Origin: Anaerolineae bacterium
GTDB taxonomy: Bacteria; Chloroflexota; Anaerolineae; B4-G1; DUEL01
Direction of reading: 5' to 3'
DNA length: 58,559 nt
Assembly: GCA_041082215.1 (NCBI GenBank)
Contig: JBDOIF010000149.1
Coordinates: 1-58,559 of the forward strand
The position numbers and the translations under genes were made by a program. This document shows, piece after piece, positions 55,991 through 58,559 of the stretch; the first letter of the stretch is position 1, and each line of letters opens with the position of its first letter. The notes beneath the pieces are model-generated. The model saw nothing but the letters and a program-made list of their open reading frames with translations. It did no database searches and had not been told where the DNA came from.

Positions 55991-58483
55991 TTACCGCTTG
56001 CAGAGCCGGGCCAGGATCCGGCGCAACTCCTCCATCCGGGGCGGCTTGCTGATGACGGCGTCCACCTGGGGCGGAATCCGCTCTTCGTCCAGCAGAATGC
56101 CCCAGCCGCTGAGCAGGACCACCGGCGTCTGGGGCGAGGCCGACTTGACCTGCCGCGCGACCTCCCGCCCGTCCACATACGGCATCCCCAGGTCGGTAAT
56201 CACCACGTCAAACGGTTCTCCCCGGTCACAGGCAATCCGAAAGGCCTCCAGCCCCGCCTCTCCGCTATCCGCGACCTCTACCATATGCCACTCCTGCGTC
56301 AACGCCTCCTTCAGAGAATGGCGAATAAGAGGCTCATCGTCAATGAAAAGAACCCGCAGGGGTGGGAGGGCAATCTCTTCTTCCCCTTCGGCCGTCGCGG
56401 TGATAGGAGCCTGCCGCACCGGGAGAATGATGCGGACGGTGGTTCCCTGACCGGGGGCGCTATCTATTTCCAGGTGTCCATCGTGTTGCTGGACGATGCC
56501 GTACACCATCGCCAGGCCCATCCCTGTGCCGCCAGGCTTGGTGGTGAAGAACGGCTCTATGGCCCGCCGTCGGGTCTCTTCGTCCATCCCGACACCGGTA
56601 TCGGTGACTTCCAGGACTACATAGCCTTCCTGGTGCTCTCCGGGGGCGGGGAGGTGCCGGGTACGGAGGGTGAGGACTCCTCCCGCTGGCATCGCATCCA
56701 CCGCGTTGAAAATCAGGTTGGTGAGGGCCTCACGAACTTGAGGTTCGCGCGCCAGAACATCAGGCAGTTGCAGGTCCAGTTCCATCTGGAGGTGGATGGT
56801 GATGCCCCGCTCGTGAGGAATATCCCGCCACCGGGGGCGGGTAAGGCTGGAGACCTCTTCTACCACCCGGTTCAGGTTGACCGGGACAAACGTCTCTTCG
56901 GGGGCGGGGCGGCGGTAGAATTCCCGCATGCGGGCAACGGTCTGGGTGACATCCTCGCAGGAGGCGGCGATGGCTTCCACATACGGACGGAGATTCGGAG
57001 AGAGGTCGGGGTCCCGGAGGAGCATTCGGGCATAGAGGACGGCGGGGGAAATGGCGTTGTTGATGTCGTGGGCGATGCCGGAGGCCATCTGGCCCAGGGC
57101 GCGCAGCCGCTCCTGCTCCATCACCGCCTGCTGGGTCTGACGGAGTTCTTCGTAGGCGGCCTGGAGGCTCTGGTACAGCCGGGCATGATGGGCGGCCAGG
57201 GAGACGTGCTCCGCCAGCGCGCGCAGAAATGTCGTTTCCGCGCTGGAGAAAGCATCCGATTCATGTCGGAGTACAGAGAGGACTCCAAAAACATTGCCGT
57301 CCACCATCAGCGGTATACCTACCGCCGAGCGTAATCCCAGGGCCACGACATATTTTGTGAGGTCCGAGATGGGGCTTCGCTCCAGGTCCGGCACAGAGAG
57401 CGTCTGCCCTTCAAGCAACAGGTTCAAGACCTCTCTGCGCGGGAAAATGGACATCCCTTCCGTCAGGCCGAGTTGGGAAGTGAAACGTCGGGCTTTAGGG
57501 CCGATGGCCGAGAAGGTGATTTGCCCCCTATCGGGATCCAGCAGGGAGATGAGCGCTGCATCTACCGGCATTTCCTCCTCAATATACCGAAGGGCGGCGC
57601 GGAAGATGCTCTCCAGGTCCTGCCGTTCGGCAATCGCCCGGGCGATGCGATTCAGCAGGTCCACCCGGGCCATGTTCCGGAGAAGTTCCTGTTCAGCCTT
57701 TTTGCGCTCCGAGATGTCGCGGGTGATGCCCAGAATCCCCACCAGGTGCCCTTCCGGGTCGCGCAGGGGGGTGAATGTTGTCTCCGTCCAGACCGTGGAG
57801 CCGTCCTTGCAGGTCTCCTCCAGTTCCAGGACCCGGGTGCGGAAGAGATCGCCGTTCCCCCGCGCTTCCCGCTCCAGTTCTTCCTGGAGCGCCCGCATGG
57901 CCACTTCCAGCGAGGCGGGGGTGAGCGCCTCCGCTGGAGTCTGGGCCATGGCCTCCTCCACGGTGAACCCCCGGATGCGGGTGACGGAAGGGCTGATGTA
58001 GGTGAAGCGGAGGTTCGTATCCAGCGTGAAGATGATATCGCTGGCATTCTCCGCCAGGAGGCGGTAACGGGCCTCGGAGGCGCGTAACTGTTCCATGGCC
58101 TCGTCCCGCTCCTGCCGCAGGCGGGCCTCTTCCATACAGCGACGCACCGCCTGGGGCAGGCGGGGCAGATGACGCTTGAGGACGTAGTCGTTCAGGCCCG
58201 TCTGAAGCCCGAGTACAGCGACCTCTTCGTTGCCGCTGTCGGTGAGCATCATTACCGGTACGTGGGGGTGCCGCTCTCGCACCTGCGCCAGCACCCGCAG
58301 CCCATCGGACCAGTGGAGGATGTGATCAGTGAGCACCAGGTCAAAATCTCCCTGCTCCAGTGCCTGGTCCAGGTCGCTCTGCCGGATAATCTCGGTGAAG
58401 GTGGCATTGGGGAATTCCGCCCGGAGTCGCCGCTTGACCAGTTCCCGGTCCGCCGGATTGTCGTCCACCAGCAGAATTCTCAT
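55991..58483 (-). CDS. Hybrid sensor histidine kinase (REC-PAS-GAF-HisKA-HATPase-REC)
   Basis: N-terminal REC (LLVDD...LTD), PAS, GAF, H-box IAHDINN, N-box NAVDA, G-boxes DTGVGM and GTGMGL, and C-terminal REC (ITDLGMP). Confidence 0.93.
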   Translation of the reverse strand: MRILLVDDNPADRELVKRRLRAEFPNATFTEIIRQSDLDQALEQGDFDLVLTDHILHWSDGLRVLAQVRERHPHVPVMMLTDSGNEEVAVLGLQTGLNDYVLKRHLPRLPQAVRRCMEEARLRQERDEAMEQLRASEARYRLLAENASDIIFTLDTNLRFTYISPSVTRIRGFTVEEAMAQTPAEALTPASLEVAMRALQEELEREARGNGDLFRTRVLELEETCKDGSTVWTETTFTPLRDPEGHLVGILGITRDISERKKAEQELLRNMARVDLLNRIARAIAERQDLESIFRAALRYIEEEMPVDAALISLLDPDRGQITFSAIGPKARRFTSQLGLTEGMSIFPRREVLNLLLEGQTLSVPDLERSPISDLTKYVVALGLRSAVGIPLMVDGNVFGVLSVLRHESDAFSSAETTFLRALAEHVSLAAHHARLYQSLQAAYEELRQTQQAVMEQERLRALGQMASGIAHDINNAISPAVLYARMLLRDPDLSPNLRPYVEAIAASCEDVTQTVARMREFYRRPAPEETFVPVNLNRVVEEVSSLTRPRWRDIPHERGITIHLQMELDLQLPDVLAREPQVREALTNLIFNAVDAMPAGGVLTLRTRHLPAPGEHQEGYVVLEVTDTGVGMDEETRRRAIEPFFTTKPGGTGMGLAMVYGIVQQHDGHLEIDSAPGQGTTVRIILPVRQAPITATAEGEEEIALPPLRVLFIDDEPLIRHSLKEALTQEWHMVEVADSGEAGLEAFRIACDRGEPFDVVITDLGMPYVDGREVARQVKSASPQTPVVLLSGWGILLDEERIPPQVDAVISKPPRMEELRRILARLCKR

Positions 58484-58559
58484 GGCGCCACCTCTATCTC
58501 CACCCAGAAGGTGCTGCCCTGGCCGGGAGTGGATTCCATTCCCATGCGCGCGCCCATCC
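58480..58559 (-). CDS. C-terminal end of an upstream histidine kinase, truncated by the window edge
   Basis: Minus strand reads ...MGARMGMESTPGQGSTFWVEIEVAP*, a typical HATPase end; its stop overlaps the next ATG (ATGA). Confidence 0.75.
   Translation of the reverse strand, partial: MGARMGMESTPGQGSTFWVEIEVAP

Noticed and set aside
55784..57334. 516-aa + strand ORF starting at the GH42 stop (ATGA overlap)
   Set aside because: Mostly antisense to the hybrid kinase, has no motifs, and a hairpin at about 55790-55821 follows GH42 directly.

Overview
GC-rich bacterial chromosomal segment; gene content and the short tandem/palindromic repeats suggest Chloroflexota (Anaerolineae-like), which is an inference. 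It holds about 46 CDSs. No rRNA, tRNA, CRISPR array or transposase was seen. Housekeeping genes include rplI, a rodZ-like gene, rlmD, nadD, obgE, trpS, trpB2, trxA and maf. Two RNA leaders are recognisable: a Trp T-box upstream of trpS-trpB2, and a tandem glycine riboswitch upstream of an aminotransferase V / SerA-like dehydrogenase / DUF1015 cluster. Also present are an MNT-HEPN toxin-antitoxin pair, a LacI-regulated sugar ABC transporter plus GH42 beta-galactosidase locus, and a hybrid histidine kinase. The most unusual elements are: (1) a ~17 kb IclR-headed cluster that combines a Liv-type ABC importer, a PLP aminotransferase, an aspartate carbamoyltransferase, two different xanthine-dehydrogenase-family Mo hydroxylases and a cyclic amidohydrolase, probably an uncharacterised N-heterocycle catabolic pathway; (2) an intact ProRS paralog with destroyed aminoacylation motifs but retained editing and anticodon-binding domains; (3) a ClpA-like ATPase with a degenerate second ATPase ring, coupled to a YbjN-type chaperone gene; (4) a probable glycine-ON switch over a DUF1015 (ParB/SerK-like DGHHR motif) serine cluster; and (5) a DUF402-CinA fusion. 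All functional calls come from motif recognition by eye; no database search was run.
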